From positions 1 through 57,417 of IMG/VR virus record IMGVR_UViG_3300022897_000003: DNA of 57,417 bases; one strand, written 5' to 3'. Below the pieces are notes generated by a model. That model had not been told where the DNA came from and did no database searches. It saw nothing but the letters and a program-made list of their open reading frames with translations. Of this stretch, positions 29,099 through 36,985 are shown one piece after another. This stretch comes from a virus. Its lineage: Duplodnaviria; Caudoviricetes. Every line of letters starts with the position of its first letter. Position 1 is the first letter of the stretch. The position numbers and the translations under genes are program-made.

Positions 29099-29113
29099 CG
29101 TACAAGCGTTCTA
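29098..29113. promoter_or_regulatory. LexA (SOS) box-like site
   Basis: TCGTAC-AAGC-GTTCTA vs actinobacterial TCGAAC-N4-GTTCGA (2 mismatches). Confidence 0.45.
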
Positions 29114-29123
29114 AGGAGTCTCC

Positions 29124-29492
29124 ATGCGCGTCTACGGCAAAGCCATCGTCGCCGTCCTGGTCGCCGCGGTCGTCGTGGCGTACCAGGCCCTGTCCGGCGA
29201 CAACCACATCGACCCCGAGGAGTGGGTCAGCATCGCCATCGCCGGGGCCACCGCCGTCGGCGTCTACCTCATCCCGCTCGCACCCCAGGCGAAGTGGGCC
29301 AAGTCCGCCCTCGCGGCGGTGCTCGCCATTCTGCAGGTGCTGACGACCACGATCCTCGGCGGAATCGGCACCGACGAGATCCTGCTGATGCTCATCACCT
29401 CCGCCGGCGCCGTCGGCATCTACGCCGCCCCCGCGATCTCCCAGACCCCGCTCGGCACCCCGGTAGTCGTCACGGCTGGCTCCGACGCGTAG
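29124..29492 (+). CDS. holin-like membrane protein
   Basis: KAIVAVL...EEWVSIAIA...GVY motif, internally duplicated TM pairs; AAGGAG RBS. Confidence 0.7.
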   Translation: MRVYGKAIVAVLVAAVVVAYQALSGDNHIDPEEWVSIAIAGATAVGVYLIPLAPQAKWAKSALAAVLAILQVLTTTILGGIGTDEILLMLITSAGAVGIYAAPAISQTPLGTPVVVTAGSDA

Positions 29493-29564
29493 GGAATCAC
29501 CCGCCGAGGTAGATCCAAAGCCCTCAGAAACGCGCTGAGCGGATCGTCCCAGCTCAGGACATAG

Positions 29565-29610
29565 AAGAGCGCCCCGTCCTTGCCTTTGCGGCAGGGGCGG
29601 GGCGCTCTTT
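29565..29610. terminator. bidirectional terminator between late and transfer operons
   Basis: AAGAGCGCCCCGTCCTTGCC-TTTGC-GGCAGGGGCGGGGCGCTCTTT. Confidence 0.85.
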
Positions 29611-29617
29611 CTCGTTG

Positions 29618-29782
29618 TCAGCCTTTGCGCTTGGCCCGCGCCGCCGCATGCTCTGCGTCGAGGCTCTTCTTCTGCGCCCGGTACTGGCACTCGCTCGGCT
29701 GATGACCCCGGTGGAACCGGGCAAGATCCTCGGCGTCCCTACGCAGACGCCGCTCGAACAGAGCGTCACTCAGCTTCCCCAT
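29618..29782 (-). CDS. small basic protein (54 aa)
   Basis: Manual translation MGKLSDALFERRLRRDAE...RAKRKG. Confidence 0.55.
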   Translation of the reverse strand: MGKLSDALFERRLRRDAEDLARFHRGHQPSECQYRAQKKSLDAEHAAARAKRKG

Positions 29783-29784
29783 GA

Positions 29785-29976
29785 TCAGTGATGACGCCTA
29801 CGGTCGAGCTCCGAACGGCGCACCGTGCTCTTCACCGGCTTGCCGTCACGGCGCACATGCTTGGACAGCTCCGCCAGATCCTTGGCGGCCTCGTACGTCT
29901 CCCGCCGCCCACCGGTCTTCGCCATGTGCCACCTGCCGGGACCGATCTTCACCTCGACGGTGTGTTCCCTCGCCAT
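29785..29976 (-). CDS. small basic protein
   Basis: MAREHTVEVKIG...; GAGGAG RBS. Confidence 0.6.
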   Translation of the reverse strand: MAREHTVEVKIGPGRWHMAKTGGRRETYEAAKDLAELSKHVRRDGKPVKSTVRRSELDRRRHH

Positions 29977-29989
29977 CTCCAACTCCTCT

Positions 29990-30235
29990 TCAGCCGACCA
30001 GCTTGTTCTTCGCGATCCCCAACTTCGTCCACACCCGCCGGCCCAGCCGGACCCGCGAGCCCGCGCCCTTGCACCACCAGCACGCCCGGGAGAACCGGCC
30101 CTTGCGATGCCGGCCCATCCCTTTGCAGCACCAGCAGTCGACCAGCGGCCGCCACCAACACTGAAACGCCGTCCAGCCCAGCCACAGAAGTCCGGCCGTC
30201 ACGATCACGGCGATCACCTTCTCGATCTCTTTCAC
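29990..30235 (-). CDS. membrane-anchored protein with DnaJ-type CxxCxGxG zinc repeats
   Basis: TM helix, CWCCKGMG and CWWCKGAG, RVRLGRR; genes of this type commonly follow traB in actinomycete elements. Confidence 0.7.
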   Translation of the reverse strand: MKEIEKVIAVIVTAGLLWLGWTAFQCWWRPLVDCWCCKGMGRHRKGRFSRACWWCKGAGSRVRLGRRVWTKLGIAKNKLVG

Positions 30236-30259
30236 CCTCCTCTCGATCTTCGGATGTGC

Positions 30260-30429
30260 GGTCGCGGCATCAGTCGCGCGCCGACCCTGGGTCGCGTTGC
30301 CGCGACCGGTACCGCGACCTATCTGACCTGCACAGACATCGAAGGTCGCGGTCGCGGCACCCCCGTTTTGAAACCTCGTTTTCAGTCCCAGAAGGGGTCT
30401 GGAGGCAGGCAGAACGAGCTACCGCGACC
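30260..30429. repeat. clt-like locus: cluster of GGTCGCGG octamers (candidate TraB recognition sequences)
   Basis: Perfect GGTCGCGG at 30260, 30344, 30350 and CCGCGACC at 30300, 30312, 30422; near matches at 30272, 30290; immediately downstream of traB. Confidence 0.7.
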
Positions 30430-32479
30430 CGGCCAGCGCGCGTTGCTGCATCACTGCCTCGACGTCGTTGCGACGGCACCCCTTGAGGCCGACGCCCTCG
30501 ACCTTGACGTCCACACTGGGCACCTTCTCCGCTCGCACGAGGGCGCTGATCGCCTCCGCGGTGAGCCCCCGATACAGGGCCGGCTGCTCGGCGGCGAGGA
30601 TCTCCGCCAGTTGCTGCCACTGCAGGCCCGGCCGGTTCGTGTGCGCGAACACCCGGATAACGTCGGCCAGCACGTCCCGCTCGGGGTCGGTGCGCAGGTC
30701 CACCGCGGGCATGTCCCCGCGCATCCCCAGCGCCCGGGCGACGATCGCCTCCGCCGTCGGGTTGTCGATGTAGTTGGCCCGCACCGGCTGGTCCCGGCCG
30801 GCCAGGTAGCCCCAGCCCGCCCACGGGTTGTCGTCATCCGCCGGCGGCACGAACGTCGTCGGCCGGGCGCCCCGGCTGTAAGCGCCGGTACCCAGGATCA
30901 GGTCCGTCTCGACGTGCGAGGGCACGGCCAGGCAGAGCCGGTTGTGGACGTTAGAGCTGATGCCCTTCGGCACCGACTCCTTGTCAATGCGCTGGGTGGA
31001 CAGGATCAGGTGGATGCCCAGCGACCGGGACCGCTTGATGATGCTGGTCAGCAGCCGTTTCGCTTCCTTGCCGAGGTCAGGGTCGGTGATCAGTTCCTGG
31101 ATCTCGTCGAGGATCGCGAGCAGCGGGAACAGCGACGGGTCAGCCTGCGCGATCGCCCGGTTCAGCTTGTTCTGGCTGTTCAAACCCTTGACCGCCCACT
31201 TGCGGATCGCCGGGCCCCGCCGGTCGCACTCCTTGTCGAGCCACCGCAGGATCGCCATCGTCTGCTGCTTGGCCCGGTCGTCCGCGCCGGAGGCATACAT
31301 CTCCGGTAGGCACAGCGGTTCCATCGCGTCGAAGTCGCCGGAACCCTTGAGCTCCGAGATAACGAACCGCACCAGCGGGTCCAGCGCGGCTGCCAGGCCG
31401 ACGTTGCGCGCGGCCAGAGTCTTGCCGGATCCGACCATGCCGGCGAACATGCTGTTGCGCTCGGCCAGGCGCCAGGACAGGGCTCGCATACGCACGTCGT
31501 CGCCCCAAGGAAGCGGGCCGAAATAGTCGAGTTCTCCGCAGGTCAGCAGGGGTGAGACGGGTTGCTTCATCCGGTCCACCGGCCGGTCGGCCACCCACAC
31601 TGCGAGCACGCCAGGGTGAGCGCCGCGGACTGGCTCGGGCCACACCTGCGCGATCGGCAGCTGGAACCCGGCAGCCAGATAATCGCGCTGGTCGATGACG
31701 TTCTTCGCGATGATGCCGGTCGGCAGGGTCACCTCGGCCATGTAGCCAGGGCCGTCGCGATAGATCTCCTTGTTGAACTTGATCTTCTCGGGTTCCTTGA
31801 TCCCGGCACCCGACGCGACCAGCGCGGCCCTGGTCAGCTCGGCCGTGAGCCGCACGAACTTGCTGGCGTTGAACGCCGACTCGAGGATCGGTTTGCCGAC
31901 CGGCCGGCCGATGCGGGCCAGAATCGGCAAAGCGATCGCGAAGGCCAGCCACAGGGCCCACCACGGCGCGACGAACCACAGCAGCAAACCGCTGATCGAC
32001 GCCGCAAGCCAGCCGGCGAACAGCCCCATGAACCGGGCCTTGCGCGCCGCGGCCACCTTGTCAGCGATGAGCGGGCCGCGATCGACATCCTTAGCGGTCG
32101 CGGCCGCGGACATCAACTGAGACAGCTCAGGGTGGGTCGCCCACTTGAGTTGCCGGCCGAGAAGCTTCAGCAGCCCCCACGGGCCGTACAGAGCCATCTT
32201 GCCCAGGTAGACCGGGGATCGGGACAGCTCCCACAAGATGCCGTGAGAAGCCATTGCCAGCACCAGCGTCAGCAGCGAGTGCCGACCGGCCTTACTGCGC
32301 AGGCTGGCAGGCACGATGGGGCGCCGCTCGTCGGCCCGCGAGACAACGTCCGCAAAGGTGATCGAACGGGTCGGGGGGTCCACCGACCGATTCACGGAAT
32401 CAACGGTGACGACGACCGTTTCTGCATCGTCGGCCTCGGCCGGGCCTACCTCGTAGGCCTCGGGCAGCGTGTCTGCCAT
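30419..32479 (-). CDS. traB: TraB-like FtsK/SpoIIIE conjugative DNA translocase
   Basis: N-terminal TM segments, Walker A AGMVGSGKT, Walker B LAILDEIQEL, ILSTQR, C-terminal wHTH-like domain. Confidence 0.88.
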   Translation of the reverse strand: MADTLPEAYEVGPAEADDAETVVVTVDSVNRSVDPPTRSITFADVVSRADERRPIVPASLRSKAGRHSLLTLVLAMASHGILWELSRSPVYLGKMALYGPWGLLKLLGRQLKWATHPELSQLMSAAATAKDVDRGPLIADKVAAARKARFMGLFAGWLAASISGLLLWFVAPWWALWLAFAIALPILARIGRPVGKPILESAFNASKFVRLTAELTRAALVASGAGIKEPEKIKFNKEIYRDGPGYMAEVTLPTGIIAKNVIDQRDYLAAGFQLPIAQVWPEPVRGAHPGVLAVWVADRPVDRMKQPVSPLLTCGELDYFGPLPWGDDVRMRALSWRLAERNSMFAGMVGSGKTLAARNVGLAAALDPLVRFVISELKGSGDFDAMEPLCLPEMYASGADDRAKQQTMAILRWLDKECDRRGPAIRKWAVKGLNSQNKLNRAIAQADPSLFPLLAILDEIQELITDPDLGKEAKRLLTSIIKRSRSLGIHLILSTQRIDKESVPKGISSNVHNRLCLAVPSHVETDLILGTGAYSRGARPTTFVPPADDDNPWAGWGYLAGRDQPVRANYIDNPTAEAIVARALGMRGDMPAVDLRTDPERDVLADVIRVFAHTNRPGLQWQQLAEILAAEQPALYRGLTAEAISALVRAEKVPSVDVKVEGVGLKGCRRNDVEAVMQQRALAGSR

Positions 32480-32519
32480 GCTGTGACCTGCCTCTTTCTT
32501 CCTCGTGGAGCTAGGGGTG

Positions 32520-32561
32520 GCGGGGCGCGACCTGCTTGTCTAGGGCCGGGTCGCGCCCCGC
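32520..32561. promoter_or_regulatory. inverted repeat upstream of traB containing the CGCGACC/GGTCGCG core
   Basis: GCGGGGCGCGACC-N16-GGTCGCGCCCCGC. Confidence 0.6.
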
Positions 32562-32565
32562 GCAG

Positions 32566-32652
32566 TTACCAGTCGGTGCGCTCGCCGCGCCGCTGGGCCA
32601 TCCGGCGTAAGGTCTTCGCGCCTTCGCTAGTGGTGTTCTTGTCGCGCGCCAT
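32566..32652 (-). CDS. micro-protein, 28 aa
   Basis: MARDKNTTSEGAKTLRRMAQRRGERTDW; TGATG-coupled. Confidence 0.6.
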   Translation of the reverse strand: MARDKNTTSEGAKTLRRMAQRRGERTDW

Positions 32653-32828
32653 CAGCGCTCCCCGCCCCGCAGCTTGCGGGCCTCCCGGCGCACCGAGGCG
32701 GCTTCGCTCTCCGCCGCCCGGCGCCCGTCACCGGATCCCAGGGAGCGCTCGTAAGCGGCCCGCTTGTCCAGCTCAGCCGCGTACCGTTCCCTCGCCGCCG
32801 CCAAACGCAGACTCATCGAGTCCGTCAT
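32652..32828 (-). CDS. micro-protein, 58 aa
   Basis: MTDSMSLRLAAARERY...KLRGGER; TGATG at both ends. Confidence 0.7.
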   Translation of the reverse strand: MTDSMSLRLAAARERYAAELDKRAAYERSLGSGDGRRAAESEAASVRREARKLRGGER

Positions 32829-33025
32829 CAGCGCTTCCCGCCCTTCGGCTTCTTCGCCTCGTTGATGCGCCGGCGGATGTCCGCGGCAACCTCCGCGTCG
32901 GTCATGTGGTTGTAGCCGCGGCCGAGCGCACGCCAGCGCTCTTTCTCGAAGTCGTCGTCCTTGTTCGCCACGTCCTGGTTCTCCTGTCCGTCCTGGTCAG
33001 AATCGTCGTCGGGGATGTCCGTCAT
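32828..33025 (-). CDS. micro-protein, 65 aa, acidic N-terminus
   Basis: MTDIPDDDSDQDG...KPKGGKR; TGATG at both ends. Confidence 0.7.
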   Translation of the reverse strand: MTDIPDDDSDQDGQENQDVANKDDDFEKERWRALGRGYNHMTDAEVAADIRRRINEAKKPKGGKR

Positions 33026-33165
33026 CAGCCCCACAGCTTCCGGGCCAGGCGCTTGCCGCGCGTGTTGTTCATGGTCACCGGCCAGTCGACCTGCTTGACC
33101 CGCCGCTGCTTCCCGCCGCCTTCCTTGCCCGTCTCCAGGTCGATCGCCCGCACCGTCTTCGCCAT
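33025..33165 (-). CDS. micro-protein, 46 aa
   Basis: MAKTVRAIDLETGKEG...ARKLWG; TGATG at both ends. Confidence 0.7.
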   Translation of the reverse strand: MAKTVRAIDLETGKEGGGKQRRVKQVDWPVTMNNTRGKRLARKLWG

Positions 33166-33293
33166 CACCACTCACCCTTCGCGAGTTTCCGAACCGCCTC
33201 GATACGCTTCTGCCGCGCGGCTGCGGCCTGCTCAGCCTTGGTCTCCGGTTTCTCGGCCGGCTTCCTGCCGTCGGCCTTGTCGCCCTTCGCCAT
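33165..33293 (-). CDS. micro-protein, 42 aa
   Basis: MAKGDKADGRKPAEKPE...LAKGEW; TGATG at both ends. Confidence 0.7.
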   Translation of the reverse strand: MAKGDKADGRKPAEKPETKAEQAAAARQKRIEAVRKLAKGEW

Positions 33294-33439
33294 CACCGCA
33301 GCCCCTTGATCCGGACCCGGCGCACCGACTCCAGCCGGCCCGCCTTACGCAGCGCCTCGACCTGCTGCTGCGTGGCGCCCGTCATGGCCGAACCGCCCTT
33401 GGCCTGCTTGTACGTCACGACCTTGTTGCTGGTCGCCAT
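33293..33439 (-). CDS. micro-protein, 48 aa
   Basis: MATSNKVVTYKQAKGG...RIKGLR; TGATG at both ends. Confidence 0.7.
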   Translation of the reverse strand: MATSNKVVTYKQAKGGSAMTGATQQQVEALRKAGRLESVRRVRIKGLR

Positions 33440-33582
33440 CAGCGCTTCCCACCCTTCTGCTGGCTCTTCGCGTAGTCCCGGACCTCCTGGGCGTATTTCT
33501 CGGCCTTCGCCTTCGAGTCGCCCATCCGCAACGAGGCACGCCTCTTCTCCCGCGCGACCTGCTCGGTCACCGACTTCGCCAT
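33439..33582 (-). CDS. micro-protein, 47 aa
   Basis: MAKSVTEQVAREKRR...QQKGGKR; TGATG at both ends. Confidence 0.7.
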   Translation of the reverse strand: MAKSVTEQVAREKRRASLRMGDSKAKAEKYAQEVRDYAKSQQKGGKR

Positions 33583-33788
33583 CAGTTCTTCCCTCCCCTG
33601 CGGGTCACCGTGGTTGTCTCGGTGACCTCCGTCGTGCGCCGCTCGACAGTCCGGTTGAACCTCATCGGCACCGGCTTGCCGCCGTTCTTCGCCGCCAGCT
33701 CGCGCTGCAACCGCAACGCGTCCGCCGGCGTCGGGTTCTTCGGCACCTTCGCCAGCGCCGCGTCGATCTCACGCCTCGAAATCGCCAC
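33582..33788 (-). CDS. micro-protein, 68 aa
   Basis: VAISRREIDAALAKV...RRGGKN; GGGAG RBS. Confidence 0.7.
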   Translation of the reverse strand: MAISRREIDAALAKVPKNPTPADALRLQRELAAKNGGKPVPMRFNRTVERRTTEVTETTTVTRRGGKN

Positions 33789-33811
33789 TGCCGTTCTCCC
33801 GTTCTTCCTGC

Positions 33812-33916
33812 TCAGGCGGCCTTCGCCCGAGCCTTCAGCCGTTCCTGGGCTTCCTGGTGTTCCTTGCGCCGCGCCGCCTCACGATGCTCCAGACGACGCT
33901 GCAACGACGGGCTCAC
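33812..33916 (-). CDS. micro-protein, 34 aa
   Basis: VSPSLQRRLEHREAARRKEH...KAA; GTGA-coupled. Confidence 0.55.
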   Translation of the reverse strand: MSPSLQRRLEHREAARRKEHQEAQERLKARAKAA

Positions 33917-34050
33917 ACCCGCCGCCGGCCACGGCCCGCGGTCTGCGCCGCACGTTCCTGCTGCTTGACCTTCTGCTGCCGGGCCGCCCGGTCCGAGGTG
34001 CGCCGGTGGTTGGCGTTCGGGTCCTCGCCGGACCAGTTGCTCTGTGCCAT
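33913..34050 (-). CDS. micro-protein, 45 aa
   Basis: MAQSNWSGEDPNANH...GRRRV; AGGAG RBS. Confidence 0.6.
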   Translation of the reverse strand: MAQSNWSGEDPNANHRRTSDRAARQQKVKQQERAAQTAGRGRRRV

Positions 34051-34108
34051 GCTCGGTATCGCTCCTGTTCGATTCCGGGCCGCCCGCACAGCGGCCCACT
34101 CGGTGGAT

Positions 34109-34139
34109 GCGGTGGCCGGGCTCCACACCCGGCCACCGC
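34109..34139. terminator. hairpin within the micro-gene array
   Basis: GCGGTGGCCGGG-CTCCACA-CCCGGCCACCGC. Confidence 0.5.
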
Positions 34140-34152
34140 GCTGCTCAGCGGG

Positions 34153-34338
34153 TCAGCGATTGGTGACGCGAACCCAGTCCGAGCCGTGCTTCGGGTTACG
34201 CCGGGCGTCCTGCTGCATCTGCTGGCGCAGCTTGCTGACCTGCCCAGCGCTGGCGGACTTCGCCTTACGCACGTCGGGGTCCCGCAGGCTGTGGCTGCTA
34301 CCGCTGACCTGCTCGACCCGGAACTGCTTCTTCGCCAT
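34153..34338 (-). CDS. micro-protein, 61 aa
   Basis: MAKKQFRVEQV...; preceded by AAGGAGATCTGAG. Confidence 0.7.
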   Translation of the reverse strand: MAKKQFRVEQVSGSSHSLRDPDVRKAKSASAGQVSKLRQQMQQDARRNPKHGSDWVRVTNR

Positions 34339-34368
34339 CTCAGATCTCCTTCTCGTCGTTGTTGCTGG

Positions 34369-34521
34369 TCAGTGGCGCTTGTGAGCGGACGGCTGGCTCT
34401 TCTTCCAGGCCTCGCCCGCCTCAGCGACCTTCTTCGCCTGCTTCTTCCACGCCTGCTCGTCGTGCCGAAGCTTCTGCAACTTCGCCAGCTCCTGCCGCAC
34501 CGCGTCTTCCTTGCTCGCCAT
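34369..34521 (-). CDS. micro-protein, 50 aa
   Basis: MASKEDAVRQELAKL...; preceded by the identical AAGGAGATCTGAG. Confidence 0.7.
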   Translation of the reverse strand: MASKEDAVRQELAKLQKLRHDEQAWKKQAKKVAEAGEAWKKSQPSAHKRH

Positions 34522-34522
34522 C

Positions 34523-35038
34523 TCAGATCTCCTTAGCCATCGGACCGGCCACGAGCAGGCCGAACGCCTGACGGGCCACCACCGGGACCTCTTCCCGGAC
34601 GTCAATGCAATGCAGGTGCTCCAGCGCCACCCACCGGGCGCCGGACGCCTCATCGGCGGGCACCGTCACCGGCAGGCTGCTGTCAGCCGTACCGACGAAC
34701 AACAGGTCGATGTGGGTGTGCGCGGGCTCCGCGGGCTTACCCGGCCGCACCGGTTTCGCCGGCGCCGGGATCTCCGCGGTCACCCACGGGCTCGGGTGCC
34801 ACCGTTGCCCCGGCACATGCACCAGCTGCTGGCGCTGGATCACCGCAATCAGGCCGGTCTCCTCCCGCACCTCCCGCAGCGCCGCCTCCGCCGGTGTCTC
34901 ACCCGCATCGACGTGTCCGCCGGGGAACACCCACTTGCCGGTGGCGTTGTGGTGCACCAGCAGCACCTGCGGGCCGTCGAAGACGACCATCGACGCCGTC
35001 AGGTGACGGCTCTCGGGAGTCACCTCGGTGCGGCTCAT
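34523..35038 (-). CDS. Nudix hydrolase
   Basis: Nudix box GGHVDAGETPAEAALREVREETGL. Confidence 0.92.
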   Translation of the reverse strand: MSRTEVTPESRHLTASMVVFDGPQVLLVHHNATGKWVFPGGHVDAGETPAEAALREVREETGLIAVIQRQQLVHVPGQRWHPSPWVTAEIPAPAKPVRPGKPAEPAHTHIDLLFVGTADSSLPVTVPADEASGARWVALEHLHCIDVREEVPVVARQAFGLLVAGPMAKEI

Positions 35039-35223
35039 GAGCGGGGCTTCTTCGTGTAGGTCCCGTCCTTGCCGGCAACAGCCTTCGCCGAGTTGATCCC
35101 GCTCACCGTGAGTCGGGTGCCCTTGGAGGTCGTGACCTCGTAGGTCGCGTCGTCATCGGTCTTGGCGTAGTCGCGGGCGATCTTCTTCAACTCCCGCTTG
35201 GTGTATCCCTCGCCGTACGGCAC
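35035..35223 (-). CDS. small basic protein (62 aa)
   Basis: VPYGEGYTKRELKK...; ATGA overlap with Nudix gene. Confidence 0.65.
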   Translation of the reverse strand: MPYGEGYTKRELKKIARDYAKTDDDATYEVTTSKGTRLTVSGINSAKAVAGKDGTYTKKPRS

Positions 35224-35224
35224 C

Positions 35225-36316
35225 TCAGTTCCCCTTCTCGTTGTCGCCGGCCCGGACCAGATCCGGGACGTTTCCGTTGGTCTTGGCGCTTCGCAGAGCC
35301 CGGCCGACCGTGGCCGGGGACGTAGCGAGCAACCGGGCGATCTGGCCCTGGGAGAGACCGGGCGCAGCCGATTTGATGAAGCGGGCCGCCTCGTGCTTCT
35401 CCTGCGTCGTCCGGGCGTCCTCACTCACCGGCTGAGCAGGGATGAAGGGGGGCTGGGGGTGCGTCACCTTCACCGTCCGCAGGGAGCGCCGGTGAAGCAC
35501 CCGACGGCCCTTGCGTGAAGCGGCCACACGGACCGGAACGCCCGCGGGCGAAGCGGCCTCGTGCTGCTCCTCCTGCTTCGCGTCGAACCACAGAGCCCGG
35601 TCGACCCGTTCACGAACCGCGTCGATCACGCCGTCGTCAGCGGTGAGGCTCAGCCGAGCCAGTCGGTCCGCGCGCCGTTCGGTGAAGCGCTCCGACCCGT
35701 GCCGGCGCTTGAACTCCAGGCGCGTCATCTGCTGGATCAGCCGTTCACGGTGCACGGTCTCCACGTCACGCTCGCCCGGCTCGATCGCACCGATCAACAA
35801 CAGGAACCGGCGCGGCGTCCACCGCCACGACGACACCCCCTGGCGCCGCTTCGCCCCCTCCCCGAGGAGGCCGTCCCACCACGCGAGGGTCACCAGCAGC
35901 GGGATGAGCAGCCGCAGCACCGCCTCGGCGAACGAGTGCGCCACGCCGGCGGCCACCACGGCCATCGCCGACGCGACGATCCACGCCGTCCGGCCCGACC
36001 GGCCCGGGTGGCCGTACTCGCGCATCGCCCGCTTGGCCCGGATCATCGCCAGCACCAGCAGCGACTCCAGGACGAAGAACATCAGCAGGCGCAGGCTCGT
36101 CGGGAATCCGGCCCGGCCGGTCAGCACCCACACTGCCTCGGAGGACCAGCCCAGACCGACCAGCATCGTCAGGTTCGACAGCGGCCCATCCGGACGCTCG
36201 CTCCGGGCGAGCTTCCGCATCCGGCGGGCCACCCAGCCCAGCAGCAGCACGCTGACGACCAGGGCACCGATGAGGTACCCGGGGTGGACGAGCAAGGAGG
36301 CCGGGTTGAAAGTCAT
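35225..36316 (-). CDS. Spd-like (spread) multi-pass membrane protein with C-terminal HTH
   Basis: 4-5 TM helices, basic middle region, LSQGQIARLLATSPATVGRAL; architecture typical of SpdB2/DUF2637-type proteins. Confidence 0.65.
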   Translation of the reverse strand: MTFNPASLLVHPGYLIGALVVSVLLLGWVARRMRKLARSERPDGPLSNLTMLVGLGWSSEAVWVLTGRAGFPTSLRLLMFFVLESLLVLAMIRAKRAMREYGHPGRSGRTAWIVASAMAVVAAGVAHSFAEAVLRLLIPLLVTLAWWDGLLGEGAKRRQGVSSWRWTPRRFLLLIGAIEPGERDVETVHRERLIQQMTRLEFKRRHGSERFTERRADRLARLSLTADDGVIDAVRERVDRALWFDAKQEEQHEAASPAGVPVRVAASRKGRRVLHRRSLRTVKVTHPQPPFIPAQPVSEDARTTQEKHEAARFIKSAAPGLSQGQIARLLATSPATVGRALRSAKTNGNVPDLVRAGDNEKGN

Positions 36317-36648
36317 CGGGACACCTCGGCCGGCAACGGCTCGGCGACGTCAGCCCCGTGATGTGTGGTCCGCACATCAGCCTCGGCGAACCGGGACCGG
36401 CCCAGCTGATACAGCAGCACGGCCACACCGCCGGGCGCGGCCAAGCCGACCAGCAGCAGCTGCGCGGACAGCTCGGCACCCGGCAGGAACACGCCCGGGG
36501 TCAGGAACAGCGCCGAACCGGCCACCGCCAGGCAGGTCGAGCCGATGATGCGGCGCCGGCGGTTGCGGTCGGTCAGGACCTGCTGCTGGTACTCGCGCTG
36601 CGCGGCCGCCAGGGCCTGCGCGCGCATCATGGGCGGCATCTGCTTCAT
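36313..36648 (-). CDS. two-TM membrane protein (Spd-like)
   Basis: MKQMPP...; two hydrophobic helices; coupled. Confidence 0.6.
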   Translation of the reverse strand: MKQMPPMMRAQALAAAQREYQQQVLTDRNRRRRIIGSTCLAVAGSALFLTPGVFLPGAELSAQLLLVGLAAPGGVAVLLYQLGRSRFAEADVRTTHHGADVAEPLPAEVSR

Positions 36649-36803
36649 GACCACGCCACCTCGATCCGGATCGACGGGACGCGCACGGCCGGCAGCCGGC
36701 GGCGCGGGGGACGGCTCGACGGCACCGACGCCGCGGCGATGAGCGCCTGCGCGCCGACCACCACGAACGGGCCGAGCAGGATGAGAAGCCAGGTCACGAT
36801 CAC
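36645..36803 (-). CDS. small single-TM protein (52 aa)
   Basis: VIVTWLLILLGPFVVVGAQALIAAASV...; GTGA and ATGA overlaps. Confidence 0.6.
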   Translation of the reverse strand: MIVTWLLILLGPFVVVGAQALIAAASVPSSRPPRRRLPAVRVPSIRIEVAWS

Positions 36804-36985
36804 CGGGCACCCCCGGTCATCTCGTCGATGTGCTCCACGGCCTCGAAGTAGTTGGTGAGGATCTGGTGCGCCTCATTCAGCTTCTCGACCGCGGCCATCT
36901 CCCGGTCGGTCACCACGGTGCGGATGTCCGCCACCGCCGTCTGCGCGGCCGCGTCCCGCAGCCAGGCGGTGATCTGCGCGCTCAT
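36800..36985 (-). CDS. hypothetical protein
   Basis: MSAQITAWLRD...; ATGA coupling. Confidence 0.6.
   Translation of the reverse strand: MSAQITAWLRDAAAQTAVADIRTVVTDREMAAVEKLNEAHQILTNYFEAVEHIDEMTGGAR

Noticed and set aside
31562-33475. 637-aa plus-strand ORF (and similar shadows 20442-22241, 54715-56745)
   Set aside because: Antisense to traB and the coupled micro-genes, with low-complexity Arg/Pro/Ala content and no motifs.
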